Shown in pieces: positions 62,780-64,000 of a stretch of 64,000 nucleotides of DNA. The stretch is from NCBI RefSeq assembly GCF_048593235.1, contig NC_133620.1, forward strand, positions 274,365,765-274,429,764, read 5' to 3'. The notes beneath the pieces are model-generated. The model did not search any database and was not told the DNA's origin. It saw nothing but the letters and a program-made list of their open reading frames with translations. The translations under genes and the position numbers were made by a program. The DNA comes from Sminthopsis crassicaudata. Lineage: Eukaryota. How positions within the stretch are numbered: the stretch's first letter is position 1; each line of letters starts with the position of its first letter.

Positions 62780-63200
62780 ACTTTTCCTTAAAATGATATA
62801 TGGTGTATACCTAAAACCAAAAGCTATTTGTCACAGAAATAAATTAGAATCTTTTCCAATAAATTCAAAGGCAAAGCAAGGATATTTGTTGTCATCACTT
62901 CTATTTTACATACTAGAAATACTGGATATAACAATAAGATAAGAAAAAAAAACTGGGGAATAATTATAAGTAAAGAAGAAATATAATCCTCACTTTTTTG
63001 CAGATGAAATGATAATGTACTTAAAGAATGCTAAGGAGTCAACAAGATGATTAATTGAAACAATAATTTCATCATCTTGCAGAATATAGAATCCACAAAA
63101 ATCATCAGTATATATATAATGCCAACAAAATATAGTAGAAAGATAAATTCCATTTAAAATCACTACAATTTGTATAAAATAATACTTAGAAATCTATCTT
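62780..63200 (+). mobile_element. L1 ORF2 RT-domain fragment in AARS2 intron 4
   Basis: aagcaagga...tcacttctattt (KQG..LSPLLF-like) and tttgcagatgaaatgata (decayed FADDMI). Confidence 0.7.
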
Positions 63201-63658
63201 TCAAGTTGTTTCAATACATGTAACTTTTTGCTTAATAGTCTCAAAAGACTTCTCTTATTAGACATTTTCTCACAAAGCCCTTTATTCACAGCTCATGTTT
63301 TAAAATCATTACATTATATGATTTCTAAGATCCTATCTGGTTCTAAAGTTGCAAGAGATAAAGGTGAAGGATATGTAGAAACGGAGGCTGACATTGAGAT
63401 GTACCTGCTTAGGAAAAGAATTCTGAATCCTAGTGAGAGGAGCAGAACTGGAACAAGGAGGAGACTGCCTCCATTGGTGGTTGGTCATGATTGGTAACCA
63501 TGAGTCCTAGTGCATAGCCCTGCAGGGAGGGCTGATCAGGCCCCTACCACTGTTGCCATCACTCTTTCCCTTTCCCTAGTATTTTACCTCATACTTAGAA
63601 TTCTGAGGGAATCATCTCTCCAGGGAACTATCAATGCATATAAGCCCTTGGTAACTAA

Positions 63659-63838
<180 letters not shown>

Positions 63839-64000
63839 TAAGAGATCCCTCTGATCTGTCCTACTTGGACCCAAGACCAAACCCAGCCTTTCCCATACCC
63901 ACTCTGCTCAGATCCTGTTTGTGGGAACTTCAGAGTGACAAAGAGCAGTACCATCCCAAAATCACAAAGCACATCCGTGATAGAGCTGGCAAGGACTTGG

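Overview
Mammalian genomic DNA, almost certainly marsupial: the repeats look like Mar1/WSINE1-type SINEs, RTE-related SINEs, a P7SL-like element, marsupial L1 3' ends and MER63-like fragments. It is a draft assembly with five N-gaps. Two genes lie head-to-head about 37 kb apart, each with its own CpG island. (1) SPATS1 is on the minus strand. Six coding exons (16103-15968, 11459-11347, 9891-9736, 6887-6767, 3587-3525, 816-666) have GT-AG boundaries and mutually compatible phases. A candidate first coding exon at 20718-20628 completes a predicted 276-aa protein. (2) The 5' part of AARS2 (mitochondrial alanyl-tRNA synthetase) is on the plus strand: exons 1-5 at 58226-63817, continuing past the window end. 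The first SPATS1 intron holds a processed RPL11 pseudogene with 16-bp TSDs. The spacer between the genes is mostly L1, L2, L3/CR1, SINE, hAT MITE and LTR-like remnants, and I find no protein-coding gene in it. I see no evidence of a new multi-gene system. The best observations are small-scale: one L1-endonuclease junction apparently reused by three retro-insertions, a solo poly(A) insertion with TSDs, a SPATS1 exon structure that seems to differ from eutherians, CpG-rich L2 remnants inside both islands, and an Ala-to-Thr change next to the AARS2 motif-2 arginine. Gene and repeat-family names and human comparisons are recalled from memory, not from searches. Repeat boundaries are approximate unless TSDs are given.
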